DNA from: Sedimentisphaerales bacterium
GTDB taxonomy: Bacteria > Planctomycetota > Phycisphaerae > Sedimentisphaerales > Anaerobacaceae
Assembly (NCBI GenBank): GCA_963708075.1
Contig: OY970194.1
Location: 3,264,001 to 3,328,000 of the forward strand
Length of the DNA: 64,000 nucleotides
Direction: 5' to 3'
How positions within the stretch are numbered: the first letter of the stretch is position 1; the number at the start of each line of letters is the position of its first letter. The notes beneath the pieces were generated by a model. That model ran no database searches and was not told where the DNA came from. It saw only the letters and a list, made by a program, of their open reading frames with translations. Below, one piece after another: positions 29,461 to 39,136 of this stretch. The position numbers and the translations under genes were made by a program.

Positions 29461-32007
29461 GTGGCAATCAGAAAAGAGAGACCCAATCGGCAGAAGAAGA
29501 CACAGGCACAGCCGCCGCTGGCGGAGGGACTGCCCGCCACAACACCCGACGCCGAGCCTCAGCATGACGACATTTTCGATCCACTGCTTAACTTCGTGTC
29601 CGACCCCGACGGGGGCATCGCCGCTGAGGAACCGTCTGTGGTCCCGTTGCCAAGCGGGTCGTCGTTCTCGCACAGGCCCCTGCTGAGTCTGCAGGGGATA
29701 CTGCTGGTGGGAATCATTTGTCTCGTGGGGATCCTTATCCACACGGTGCTTGAGAAGATCAAAGCGCGGCCGGTTGTCCCGCCGGCGCCCGTGTCGGCCG
29801 CGCGTCCCACACCCCAGCCACGTTCTGGCGATGTCCCCACGCAAAACCTGCCGGCAGAGGAGAAAGAGCCCTCTGCCTATGAGAGTCCTGAGCCGACGGT
29901 GACCCAAGCCGAGCCACTGTCGCTCCAGGTGGCTCAGAAGTACTACATCGACGGGGACTACGACAACGCGTTCACAGCATACGACAAACTCTACCGGTTT
30001 TTGGCCGCCACGGAGCAAAATCAGCCGGTGAAGGATTTCCTGCTGTTGAGGATGGCCTTGTGCAGCAGAACCGGCGGCAACGTGCAACAGGCCGACGCGA
30101 TGTTCAGGGCGGTGGCGTTGAGCCGACTGCCGATTCTCCGGGCCATTGCACGGTACTATCAAAGCGTCGCCCTGCTGGACCGCCAACGGTACATGGAGGC
30201 GGCGGCGCGAGCCTACCAGACGATCTCCCTGATCGAGGTTGTGGATTGTGATCCGAAGTGGTCCGCCGCAGTCCAGCGTCAATGCTGCTTTCTTGCCGCC
30301 GAGGCCCTGACTCGCAACCTCCTGTCCCTGCAAGGCGCCGGCGGTGACCAGGCCACGGAGCTGTGGGGCGGATATCCGCAGATCGATCCATTCGTCAATC
30401 TCGACGAGGCGCAACTGAAGACCTTCCTCAATTCCGGACGCGAGACGCTGGACCAGGCGTTGCTCGGCCCACAGATTCGCCCCGCACGGGGCGAGGGTGC
30501 TACGCCACGATGGTCCGTGACCTGCGACGGCGCCTCCCTGGAGGAGCTACTCGCGCGCTTCGTCGCCGGCGCACGGGTCAACGTCCGCTGGCTGGACGGC
30601 GGCCGGGTCCCGGATGGGGAAGCCGGAAGAAAACGGCCCGTCTACCTTCACCTCGCTCGGGCAACGGCTCAACAGGTCGTCACCACGGCAGCCGGGAGCG
30701 CCGGTTTGCTGGCCCGCGTGGACGAGGCGGGCAATGTGACCATCCTCGACCCGTCTTCCTATTCTTCAATGGCTGAGTATACGAAGTTGCTCGCAGAGGA
30801 ATCCATATCGCTCTGGCAACGATTTCTGCTCGGGACCGAAGAAGATCAACGAGTTCCGAACGGGCATTTCGCGTTGGCCCTGGTCCACGCCGCCAGGGAC
30901 AGGCCGGATGAGGCCGTCGCCGAGTACAAGCTGGTGGCGAGCCGCTACTCTCGGCACGCGTTGGCCCCGCAGGCGCTGCTGCGTTCCGGCCGGCTCAAGG
31001 TCAGACTGCGAGACTACATGGGCGCGCACCAGGATTTCAAGCAGCTCATCTCGCTCTATCCCGACGCTGAACCCTCAGAACAGGCCTGCCTGGATCTGGC
31101 CGATGTGACCACGAAAGCCGGGCTGTACGACGAAGCGGCCGGCTTGTACCGCAAGGTCTTCAATCTTGGCCTGTCCCCCGAATCGCAGGTCCAGGCGTCG
31201 CTGGGAGCAGGCCGGTGCTCCTATGAGGTGCAGGACTTTGAGGCTGCCGCAGAGTGGCTCAATCGGTTCATCTCCCTCGCCCGCGACCAGAAGCTCCCGG
31301 AGTTCCACAGCGCCTGCCTGCTGCTGGGCAAAGCATATCTGGCCCTGAACAACCCGCAGCAGGCCCAGGCGGCGCTGAACCTGGCGCTGCAGGGCGAGCT
31401 CTCCGGACAACAACTCGCGGAAACCTGCTCCACGCTGGCGAGGTGCTATACCGAGCAGGGGCTGTTCATCGAGGCACTCAATCTGCTCGAGGGCACGCAG
31501 GCGTGGCAATTGTCACAACAAGAGACGGTCGAGCTGCTGCTGCTTCGCGCGCGAGCGCTGCGTTCCATCGGCCTCGTGGAGAAGGCGATTGCCGCACTGA
31601 TGGAGAAGAGCTCGCTCCTGCCAAGCCCTGAGTTGAAAGGGTCGGTGGCGATGGAGCTGGCGGAATGTCACGCCGCCAAAGGCGACCTTGCACAGGGGGT
31701 CAAGGTGCTGGGCGAGGCATTCGCCCTCGTCCAGCCGGGCGATCTGGCCCAGCGGATCGGCGGCAGGCTGGCCGAGCTTTGCCTGGAGGCGGACCAGCCC
31801 GAGCAGGCGATATCCGTCTGTTCTCAGCTTCTGAACTCCGCCTCTGGCGAACAGGCGGAACCCCTGTTGAGACTGCAGGCTGAAGCCTACCGGCGGCAGA
31901 GAGAGTATGGTCGAGCGGTCGCCGTCCTATTGAGTCGGCACAACAACGGGACCGCCGCGAAACCAGGGCAGGCCGGCGTCAAGACAGAGACACAGAAGCA
32001 GGAGTGA
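29461..32007 (+). CDS. Large single-TM TPR protein with internal STN/secretin-N-like domain
   Basis: TM LQGILLVGIICLVGILIH; Pro-rich linker; many TPRs (YKLVASRYSRHALAPQALL; FKQLISLYP); segment GASLEELLARF...RPVYLHLARATAQQVV. Confidence 0.75.
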   Translation: MAIRKERPNRQKKTQAQPPLAEGLPATTPDAEPQHDDIFDPLLNFVSDPDGGIAAEEPSVVPLPSGSSFSHRPLLSLQGILLVGIICLVGILIHTVLEKIKARPVVPPAPVSAARPTPQPRSGDVPTQNLPAEEKEPSAYESPEPTVTQAEPLSLQVAQKYYIDGDYDNAFTAYDKLYRFLAATEQNQPVKDFLLLRMALCSRTGGNVQQADAMFRAVALSRLPILRAIARYYQSVALLDRQRYMEAAARAYQTISLIEVVDCDPKWSAAVQRQCCFLAAEALTRNLLSLQGAGGDQATELWGGYPQIDPFVNLDEAQLKTFLNSGRETLDQALLGPQIRPARGEGATPRWSVTCDGASLEELLARFVAGARVNVRWLDGGRVPDGEAGRKRPVYLHLARATAQQVVTTAAGSAGLLARVDEAGNVTILDPSSYSSMAEYTKLLAEESISLWQRFLLGTEEDQRVPNGHFALALVHAARDRPDEAVAEYKLVASRYSRHALAPQALLRSGRLKVRLRDYMGAHQDFKQLISLYPDAEPSEQACLDLADVTTKAGLYDEAAGLYRKVFNLGLSPESQVQASLGAGRCSYEVQDFEAAAEWLNRFISLARDQKLPEFHSACLLLGKAYLALNNPQQAQAALNLALQGELSGQQLAETCSTLARCYTEQGLFIEALNLLEGTQAWQLSQQETVELLLLRARALRSIGLVEKAIAALMEKSSLLPSPELKGSVAMELAECHAAKGDLAQGVKVLGEAFALVQPGDLAQRIGGRLAELCLEADQPEQAISVCSQLLNSASGEQAEPLLRLQAEAYRRQREYGRAVAVLLSRHNNGTAAKPGQAGVKTETQKQE

Positions 32008-32011
32008 GAAG

Positions 32012-32884
32012 ATGGTAACGCCAGGTGAGTGGAGTCAGATACGGATGTTGGCCTTGCTCGTGCTGTGGACAGCGGCTGGGGCGGCAGCCGGCGAGGCAAC
32101 AAGCCCTCGTGCCGAGGCGGACGTTTCGCTCGATCCGGCCGCTATCTTCAGCCGGATCATGAGGAGCAATGCCGAGAAGGCCGCGCAAGCCGAGCGTTCA
32201 CTGCCCGGCGATGTCACGCGCAAGCTCTGGCGCAACCGGGTGTCGGTGCCCGAGCAGAGCGACAACGCACAGGCTCAGATCGCCCTGGACGATCTGGTTC
32301 GCAAGATCAGGTCCATGAAGTTCCAGGCCAGGGAGCAGGAACCGCCCGCTGCGGCCGCGTTTGTGGTGCCGGAACCCGTCACAAGCCATCTCGAGGCCCC
32401 ATCTGCTCAGAAGCCGGTATTGAAACAGGCAGCTCCTCTGGCCCCCACGGGGTCTGTCGCGCCCGAAAGGCCATTGCCTGCGGAAGCGGCGGAGGCCCTC
32501 AAGCGTGTGCTGGCCGACCCGAACCAGGTGAGTGATCCGCAGGAACTGGCGGAGTTGCTGTATCTGACCGGCAAGTTCGTCGAGGCAGCCGTTCTGTACC
32601 AGAAGGCTCTTGATCTTACGAGCGACAAGGAGCCTGCGGCACGTGTCGACCGGGCCTGGATGCTCCTGCAACTCGGCAATTGCCTGCGGGATACGGACCC
32701 GGCCAGAGCCAGGGACGCGTACGCGAAGGTGATTGCGGAACACGCGGACTGCCCCTGGGTGGAACTCGCCAAAGCACACAGCCAGTTCATCACCTGGTAC
32801 GAGCAGGTTCAGCCCCGCCAGTGGGTCGCCGGGCAGGAATCGCCGCCCAAGCAGGTGGCCGCATCGCAGAAACCTACGCCTTGA
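32012..32884 (+). CDS. Exported TPR protein
   Basis: Signal-like LALLVLWTAAGAAAG; LAELLYLTGKFVEAAVLYQKAL; AWMLLQLGNCL. Confidence 0.7.
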   Translation: MVTPGEWSQIRMLALLVLWTAAGAAAGEATSPRAEADVSLDPAAIFSRIMRSNAEKAAQAERSLPGDVTRKLWRNRVSVPEQSDNAQAQIALDDLVRKIRSMKFQAREQEPPAAAAFVVPEPVTSHLEAPSAQKPVLKQAAPLAPTGSVAPERPLPAEAAEALKRVLADPNQVSDPQELAELLYLTGKFVEAAVLYQKALDLTSDKEPAARVDRAWMLLQLGNCLRDTDPARARDAYAKVIAEHADCPWVELAKAHSQFITWYEQVQPRQWVAGQESPPKQVAASQKPTP

Positions 32885-32887
32885 TTC

Positions 32888-34447
32888 GTGGAACGGGAGA
32901 CATCGATTGTGAGCAGGACCTCCGTAGAGAACCGAGACAGAATTCAGCAGCGAGCGAACATCGCCACAGTGCTGATCGTTGATGACGAGCCCGAGACGAT
33001 CCGCCTCATGCTCGAGATCCTCGCCCGCAAGGGTATCGGCGCCCAATTGGCCGGCGACCGCCGGGCGGCCATTGAAACGCTCGACAGGAATGGTTGCGAT
33101 CTCGCCTTCCTCAGCACGCGGCTCGGCCGCGACTCAGGACAGCCGAACACCCTTGAGCTTATCCGTGAAATCCAGTCTCGCTCACCTGAAATCCCGATCA
33201 TTGTGATGGCGCGCTCCAGCGAGGAAGGCGGCGCGGACCTGCTCCACTGCGGCACGCAGGCGGCCGTTCAAGCCGTTCGTGCCGGCTGCCGCGATTTCCT
33301 CCTCAAGCCGCTGGAGCGAGAGGCTGTGGAGCGGCTGCTTGAAGCGTTGTTGCCGAACCGTCCCGTGGCGACCGCCGATTCCGCCCAGGAGGCAAACCAC
33401 TGTCTCTACCAGATCGTCGGCCGCAGTCCCGAGCTGATGCGGACCGTCGTGCTGGCCGAGCGGATCGCCCCTACCTCGGTGCCGGTCCTGGTCAGCGGTG
33501 AGAGCGGCACGGGCAAGGAGCTCATCGCCCTGCTGCTCCATCACAAGAGCCGGCGGGCGCTGGGCCCCTTCGTGCGGGTCAACTGCGCCGCCTTGAGCGA
33601 CACGCTGCTCGAAAGCGAGCTGTTCGGACATGAGAAGGGTGCGTTCACCGGCGCCTACACGCAGCACAAGGGCCGCTTCGAGATGGCACATGGTGGAACG
33701 CTCCTGCTCGACGAGATCAGTGAGACGCCGTTGCACTTCCAGGCCAAGCTGCTGCGCATCCTGGAGCAGCAGGAATTCGAGCGGGTCGGCGGGAACGAGA
33801 ACATCCGGGTGAATGTTCGCGTCATCAGCACGACGAACCGCGACCTTGTCCAGGAGGTCCAGGCGGGCCGGTTCCGTGCGGACTTGTACTACCGCCTCAG
33901 CACCGCCAGGATCGTCATGGCGCCTCTTCGCGAGCGTCGTGAGGACTTGCCCGAACTCGTGTGGCACTTCGTCAATCTGTATGCCCGCGAGGCCTCGCGA
34001 TGCATTACTGAACTCGATCCGGCGACGATGGACATTTTTGCGAAGTACCCCTGGCCCGGCAACGTTCGGCAGTTGCGAAACGTGGTGCTGACCTCGCTGA
34101 TCCTGGGCGTCGGCCCGACGTTGTCCCTGGCGGATGTCTCCTGGCTCTTCGATGAGTTGCAGCCCCTGACGCAGCACCCCACCCACTGCGGATTGCGGAT
34201 TGCGGATTGCGGACTGACGAAGGGCGCCGAATCGAATCCACAATCCGATATCAGCCATCCGAAATCCGAGATGGCCGTCGGAGGCCGATTGCTGGCGGAC
34301 CTGGAGCGGCAGGCGATTCTCGAAACCCTTCGCCAAACCTCGGGCAACCAGACGAAAGCCGCCAAGGTCTTAGGCATCAGCGACCGCACGTTGCGGGAGA
34401 AGATGCGGCGTTACCGCGGGCAGCAGTGTCTTCAGCCGGTGCCCTGA
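32888..34447 (+). CDS. Sigma54-dependent response regulator (NtrC/FleR/FlgR-like), atypical receiver
   Basis: LIVDDE receiver start; GESGTGKE; ESELFGHEKGAFTGA; WPGNVRQL; AAKVLGISDRTLREK; exact start uncertain. Confidence 0.92.
   Translation: MERETSIVSRTSVENRDRIQQRANIATVLIVDDEPETIRLMLEILARKGIGAQLAGDRRAAIETLDRNGCDLAFLSTRLGRDSGQPNTLELIREIQSRSPEIPIIVMARSSEEGGADLLHCGTQAAVQAVRAGCRDFLLKPLEREAVERLLEALLPNRPVATADSAQEANHCLYQIVGRSPELMRTVVLAERIAPTSVPVLVSGESGTGKELIALLLHHKSRRALGPFVRVNCAALSDTLLESELFGHEKGAFTGAYTQHKGRFEMAHGGTLLLDEISETPLHFQAKLLRILEQQEFERVGGNENIRVNVRVISTTNRDLVQEVQAGRFRADLYYRLSTARIVMAPLRERREDLPELVWHFVNLYAREASRCITELDPATMDIFAKYPWPGNVRQLRNVVLTSLILGVGPTLSLADVSWLFDELQPLTQHPTHCGLRIADCGLTKGAESNPQSDISHPKSEMAVGGRLLADLERQAILETLRQTSGNQTKAAKVLGISDRTLREKMRRYRGQQCLQPVP
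34185..34269. repeat. Inverted heptamer arrays (ATTGCGG / AATCCGA-type) in frame within the activator AAA+-HTH linker
   Basis: ACTGCGG (ATTGCGG)3 ACTG ... AATCCAC AATCCGA TATCAGC CATCCGA AATCCGA. Confidence 0.85.
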
Positions 34448-34478
34448 CCACAGAACTTCAAGATCACGGAGAACAGGC

Positions 34479-35066
34479 ATGGCCGACAAACCGAATGACG
34501 TAAAGGAGCAGAGCAGCCCTCCGCCGGTTCCACTGCCGGAGGCGGCGCCGGCCCGGAGCGTGCAGGGTAAGATCACGCCGTGGCTGATCACCGCATTGAC
34601 GGTCCTCGTCTGTGCCGGGGCCGGCTTTGCCGTCGCCCGGATGTTCGGCGCCGGGGGCAAGGCTCAGACCGCTTCGGCGGCCACGGAGACGGGCCGTGAG
34701 GAAAAATCACACGGAAAATCCAAAACACAATCGGAGAACGGCGAGCCCTGGTTCTACGATATCGAGCCCATCGTCGCCAACCTGAACGAGCCCGGGGTCA
34801 CCCGGTACGTCCGGGTCGCCCTGACCCTCGAGGTGGGCAACGGGATGGAGGCGACTGAAGGAAAGGAATTCCTGGACCAGAAGAAACCGCTTCTAAAGCA
34901 CTGGCTGACCCTGTACTTATCCAACCAGACCCTGGAGGGCATCCGGGGAGAGAAGAACCTGCGGCAGGTGCAGACGCAGATAACGGACGCGTTGAACCAG
35001 GGCCTGTTCCCCAACGACAAGCCCCGAATTGTGGGCGTGCTGTTCAAGGAGCTGTCGATCCAATGA
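34479..35066 (+). CDS. fliL: Flagellar basal body protein FliL
   Basis: Single TM; YDIEPIVANLNEPGVTRYVRV; IVGVLFKELSIQ. Confidence 0.9.
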   Translation: MADKPNDVKEQSSPPPVPLPEAAPARSVQGKITPWLITALTVLVCAGAGFAVARMFGAGGKAQTASAATETGREEKSHGKSKTQSENGEPWFYDIEPIVANLNEPGVTRYVRVALTLEVGNGMEATEGKEFLDQKKPLLKHWLTLYLSNQTLEGIRGEKNLRQVQTQITDALNQGLFPNDKPRIVGVLFKELSIQ

Positions 35067-36052
35067 GTCGCCTGCCCGCCCATCTGAACAGCTCGAATTC
35101 GCGCCGGCTCCTGGCGGCCGTGGGGTCGGACCACGCCGCAGATGTAATACCGACAGAGGCCGCGAAGTATGACTGGCACAGCCCGCACTACTTCAATGAG
35201 GATCAGTACAATCGGCTCGCCGCCGTGATGAGCCAGGTGGCCGCCGCCATTGGAGCGGGATTCAGCCGCTTTTTCAACAAGGAGTTGGCCGTTGCCCCTG
35301 CGTCCATCGCACAGCACTTTGCCGGGCCCCTTCGCGACCTTGGGATCGCCGAGGGCCGGTACTACCTGATGATCACAGCGGGCAAGGACAAGGTCTGTGG
35401 CTTCCTGAGCCTCACCACCGAGACAGCCCTGCGATGGGTCAAGCGGTTGCTCGGTGACGCAGGATCGGACACGAACCCGAACCAGGCTCTTTCCGCCCTG
35501 GAGGAATCGCTCCTGACCGATCTGCTGTCGGCGGTAACGGAGACCTTCCTGTCGTCGCTGCGAGCCCACCAGGAACTGCGTGCCGGTGACCGTCTGATCA
35601 GGGATGAGCCGGCGGTGCGGTTCGAGCAGGCCCAGGAAATCTGTATGATTGTCTTTGCCGTTACGGATGGAGAGTCGAGCGGGAAAGATGATCTGCTCTT
35701 CCTGCTGCCCTGCAGCGTGCTCGCCCCGCTGGTAGGCAAGGCCCGCCAAGCTGCGCAGCAGACCTCTCCCGAGGAATTGTCACGCACGCTGACGGAGCAC
35801 GTCCAGCAGATGCCGATCAGCATCACTGCAAGGCTGGCCTCTACGACGCTCAGCTTTGAAGAGCTTCTCGAACTCAGCAGAGATGACATCCTGCTGCTGG
35901 ACAAGTCCCTCGACGAGCCCATCGAACTACTCGTGGAGGACAGGATCGTCTTTCGTGGGCGTCCCGCGCGGTCCAACGGGCGGCGCGTCGTGGTGATTAC
36001 ACAGTCGACGGGTGCTCCCGTGCAAAAGGCAGTGAAAACGGCCGCGAATTGA
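35063..36052 (+). CDS. fliM: Motor switch protein FliM (divergent)
   Basis: YDWHSPHYF; LSALEESLL; C-terminal SpoA domain ITARLASTTLSFEELLELSRDDILLL; between fliL and fliN. Confidence 0.85.
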   Translation: MSRLPAHLNSSNSRRLLAAVGSDHAADVIPTEAAKYDWHSPHYFNEDQYNRLAAVMSQVAAAIGAGFSRFFNKELAVAPASIAQHFAGPLRDLGIAEGRYYLMITAGKDKVCGFLSLTTETALRWVKRLLGDAGSDTNPNQALSALEESLLTDLLSAVTETFLSSLRAHQELRAGDRLIRDEPAVRFEQAQEICMIVFAVTDGESSGKDDLLFLLPCSVLAPLVGKARQAAQQTSPEELSRTLTEHVQQMPISITARLASTTLSFEELLELSRDDILLLDKSLDEPIELLVEDRIVFRGRPARSNGRRVVVITQSTGAPVQKAVKTAAN

Positions 36053-36074
36053 GCCGGAGAAAGGATACGCGATT

Positions 36075-36470
36075 ATGCCCGAAGTGATACAGGCTCCGAT
36101 CGACAATGAGACACAGCAGGCATGGAACACCGCATCGCCCGGCGGCGAGGCCGCGACCCGGGCTCACCCGGTCGAGTATCCGGAAGCGCCGCAGGATGCC
36201 CCGGCCGGTCCGGGCGGGCAGATCGATATCCTGCTCGACATGGACGTCCCCGTGACCGTCGTCCTTGGCGCCACGCGAGTTCCCGTCCGGCGACTTCTCC
36301 AGCTCGGGCCCGGCTCTGTCCTGAAGCTCGACAAGCCTGTTGAGGCTCCGGCGGAATTGTTTCTCAAGGATTCCAAGTTCGGCGAAGCCGAGGTAGTCGT
36401 GGTGGACAACCGCTTCGCGGTACGCATTACACAGATTGTCAAGGCCGGCACTGCAGGCAGTCCGGCATAG
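36075..36470 (+). CDS. fliN: Motor switch protein FliN
   Basis: IDILLDMDVPVTVVLG...LLQLGPGSVLKLDK...EVVVVDNRFAVRIT. Confidence 0.92.
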   Translation: MPEVIQAPIDNETQQAWNTASPGGEAATRAHPVEYPEAPQDAPAGPGGQIDILLDMDVPVTVVLGATRVPVRRLLQLGPGSVLKLDKPVEAPAELFLKDSKFGEAEVVVVDNRFAVRITQIVKAGTAGSPA

Positions 36471-36512
36471 AATCAAGAGATCCGATGGGTCCTATGTTTA
36501 CCACAGGAGATT

Positions 36513-38666
36513 ATGGCTTCTAATCAGGCGATGACATCCAGCTTGCCGGCCGCGGACGATGGGCTGCTCACGACCCCGCTGGGCTCGTACAGCAACATCG
36601 TGCTGGTGATCGGACTGGTTGCCATCCTGGGCACGTTGATCATCCCCCTGCCGACACCCCTGCTGGACATGCTGTTGGCCTGCAGCATTTCCATGGCCAT
36701 CGCGGTGCTCGTCATCACTTTATCTTCGCGCGAGTCGCTGGAGCTGTCCACCTTCCCGTCCATGCTGCTGTTCGCGACGCTCTTTCGGCTCTCGCTGAAC
36801 GTGGCCTCGACGCGATTGATCCTGCTGCAGGGCGACGCCGGCAAGATCATCCAGACATTCGGCCAGTTCGTCGCCGGCGGCAGTCTCGTCGTCGGCATGG
36901 TCATCTTCCTGATCCTCGTGATCATTCAGTTCATCGTGATCACGAAAGGCGCCGAGCGAATCAGCGAAGTGGCAGCGAGATTCACCCTCGACGCCATGCC
37001 CGGCAAGCAGATGGCCATCGACGCGGACCTCAATGCCGGGATGATCACCGAGACGCAGGCCAATGAACGGCGATCCAAAATCGTCAAGGAAAGCGAGTTC
37101 TACGGCGCCATGGACGGTGCCAGCAAGTTCATCCGGGGCGACGCCAAGGCGGGTCTGGTCATCACAGCCGTCAATCTCGTCGGCGGCATCGCCATGGGCT
37201 ACGCGCGAGGCATGACGATCACCAACGCCATCCAGACGTATTCCATCCTGTCCATCGGCGACGGCCTGGTCAGCCAGATCCCCTCCGTGATCATCTCCAT
37301 CAGCTCCGGCTTCCTCGTGACGAAGATCTCCTCCAGTCACAGCGTCGGCCAGGACCTCGCCAAGCAGTTCCTGCGGACCTCGCAACCGTTGATGACGGCG
37401 GCGTGTATCATCGCGGCCATGGCCTTCGTCCCCGGCATGCCCAAGGTCCAGTTCCTCATGCTCGCCGCAGGCACGGCGTTATTCGCCAAGGCGACGGCCA
37501 AGACGGAGAAGGCCCAATCGAAGGCCGCCCCGGTATCCATGAAGAAGACAGAGAAGGAGCCCGTGGAGGACCTGCTCGATATCGACCGCATCTCCGTTCA
37601 CGTGGGCGTTCGCCTGATCGGCATGGTCGATCCGCGAAAGACCAATACGATCTTTGACCGCATCGGAGCGTTGAGGCGTCAGTTCGCGCAACAATTCGGC
37701 ATCGTCGTTCCGCTGGTCCGGCTGCGAGACGATCTGAACATCGAGCCGAACGGCTACGAGATCCGACTCAGCGAAATGCCCGTGGCAAAAGGATCGCTGG
37801 AGCCCGACATGTTCCTCGCCATGGACTCGGGCGTGGTTCAGCAGAAGGTCAGCGGGATCAAGACGACCGAGCCCGTGTACGGCCTGCCGGCGCTGTGGAT
37901 TGCCGGCGATAAGAAGGAGGCGGCGGAGCTGAACGGCTATACCGTCATCGATCCGGAGTCCGTCTTCATCACGCACCTGTCGGAAACGCTCAAGAGACAT
38001 GCTGATGAGTTGCTCACCCGCGAGGATGTTCAGCTTCTCATCGACCGGCTCCGCAAGAACCAGCCGTCGCTCGTCGGGGAGATGATCGGGGCGGAGAGCC
38101 CTGTCTCTGTCGGCCTGCTCCAGCGCGTCCTGAAAAACCTGCTCAGGAGCGGCATTGCGATTCGGGAACTGACCACTATCCTCGAAGCCCTCGCGGAGCA
38201 CGCGCCGAAGACCAAGAACCCCATCATGCTGACAGAGATGGTCCGCAAGTCGCTCAGCCGCACGATCACGGAGCAGTACAAGGACGAGGCGAGTAAGGTC
38301 TCCGCCATCACGTTTGACCCGGCGTTTGAGCATCGGATGGTCGCCGCGCTTCGCCAGGAAAGTGGAGAGCTGATCCTGGGGGTCCCGGCCGAGACCGCCC
38401 TGGAGTTGAATCGGAAGGTGGCCGCCGCGTGGAGAGCCGCCATGGATCAGAGCAAAGACAAAGTTGTCCTGTTGTGTGACGCCCGGCTGCGGGCGCCGCT
38501 GGCCCAGATGCTGGCCCGCACGCTTCAGATGCTGCCCATCGTTGCGTACGACGAGATCATCCTGGGGACACAGCTCGTGCCGATCGAGACCATCTCCATC
38601 CAGCAGGACGAGCTGGAGACAACGAACGGACGCGAACAGCTCGTCATGGCATCAGCGGGAGTATGA
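36513..38666 (+). CDS. flhA: Flagellar export gate protein FlhA
   Basis: LFRLSLNVASTRLIL; RISEVAARFTLDAMPGKQMAIDADL; FYGAMDGASKFIRGDA. Confidence 0.97.
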   Translation: MASNQAMTSSLPAADDGLLTTPLGSYSNIVLVIGLVAILGTLIIPLPTPLLDMLLACSISMAIAVLVITLSSRESLELSTFPSMLLFATLFRLSLNVASTRLILLQGDAGKIIQTFGQFVAGGSLVVGMVIFLILVIIQFIVITKGAERISEVAARFTLDAMPGKQMAIDADLNAGMITETQANERRSKIVKESEFYGAMDGASKFIRGDAKAGLVITAVNLVGGIAMGYARGMTITNAIQTYSILSIGDGLVSQIPSVIISISSGFLVTKISSSHSVGQDLAKQFLRTSQPLMTAACIIAAMAFVPGMPKVQFLMLAAGTALFAKATAKTEKAQSKAAPVSMKKTEKEPVEDLLDIDRISVHVGVRLIGMVDPRKTNTIFDRIGALRRQFAQQFGIVVPLVRLRDDLNIEPNGYEIRLSEMPVAKGSLEPDMFLAMDSGVVQQKVSGIKTTEPVYGLPALWIAGDKKEAAELNGYTVIDPESVFITHLSETLKRHADELLTREDVQLLIDRLRKNQPSLVGEMIGAESPVSVGLLQRVLKNLLRSGIAIRELTTILEALAEHAPKTKNPIMLTEMVRKSLSRTITEQYKDEASKVSAITFDPAFEHRMVAALRQESGELILGVPAETALELNRKVAAAWRAAMDQSKDKVVLLCDARLRAPLAQMLARTLQMLPIVAYDEIILGTQLVPIETISIQQDELETTNGREQLVMASAGV

Positions 38667-38710
38667 CGCAGTATGAGTATTCTGTCACAGACTAGACGGT
38701 GGACCATGAT

Positions 38711-38826
38711 GGGTGGCAGCGGCAAGCGCGAGCTTGCCGATGGTTCGCCCATCCGCCATTGGCAAGGCCGTCGTCTTTGCCGCTGCCACCCAGACCGGGC
38801 GCCGTGCTTACGCTTGCGTAAGCATG
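38711..38826. repeat. Cluster of REP-like elements downstream of flhA
   Basis: 15-bp perfect IR GGGTGGCAGCGGCAA (38711-38725) / TTGCCGCTGCCACCC (38777-38791); hairpins CGGCAAGC-GCGA-GCTTGCCG and TGCTTACGC-TT-GCGTAAGCA. Confidence 0.75.
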
Positions 38827-38899
38827 CTCTCTCCACAAGACTCCAGGCGACACCCGCACAGACGTGGATGCGGCGGCCGGAACGGGGAGGAGAATAACT

Positions 38900-39136
38900 A
38901 TGCTGCACGTGCGGTCCATTGCAGTGAGCAGCGCGGTTGTCTGCATGTTCGCTGTCGCGATCGTGGGATCGATCAGCGGCCTTTCGCCATGGGCATGTTG
39001 CGAGAGGGCGCTATTGGCGGGAGCGATCATCTATTTCGCCGCCGGTACTGCTGTGCGGGCGATAAATGCAATCCTGGTACAGGCGATCGTTGACAGCCAG
39101 GTCAACAAGGAACGGACCCGTGAAGGACAGACTTGA
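38900..39136 (+). CDS. Small two-TM membrane protein
   Basis: 78 aa after GGGGAGGAG RBS; two hydrophobic segments; runs into the fliA start region. Confidence 0.65.
   Translation: MLHVRSIAVSSAVVCMFAVAIVGSISGLSPWACCERALLAGAIIYFAAGTAVRAINAILVQAIVDSQVNKERTREGQT

Noticed and set aside
36513..38666. Non-flagellar type III secretion SctV
   Set aside because: Context is entirely flagellar (rod, hook, rings, FliL/M/N, FliA); no injectisome genes
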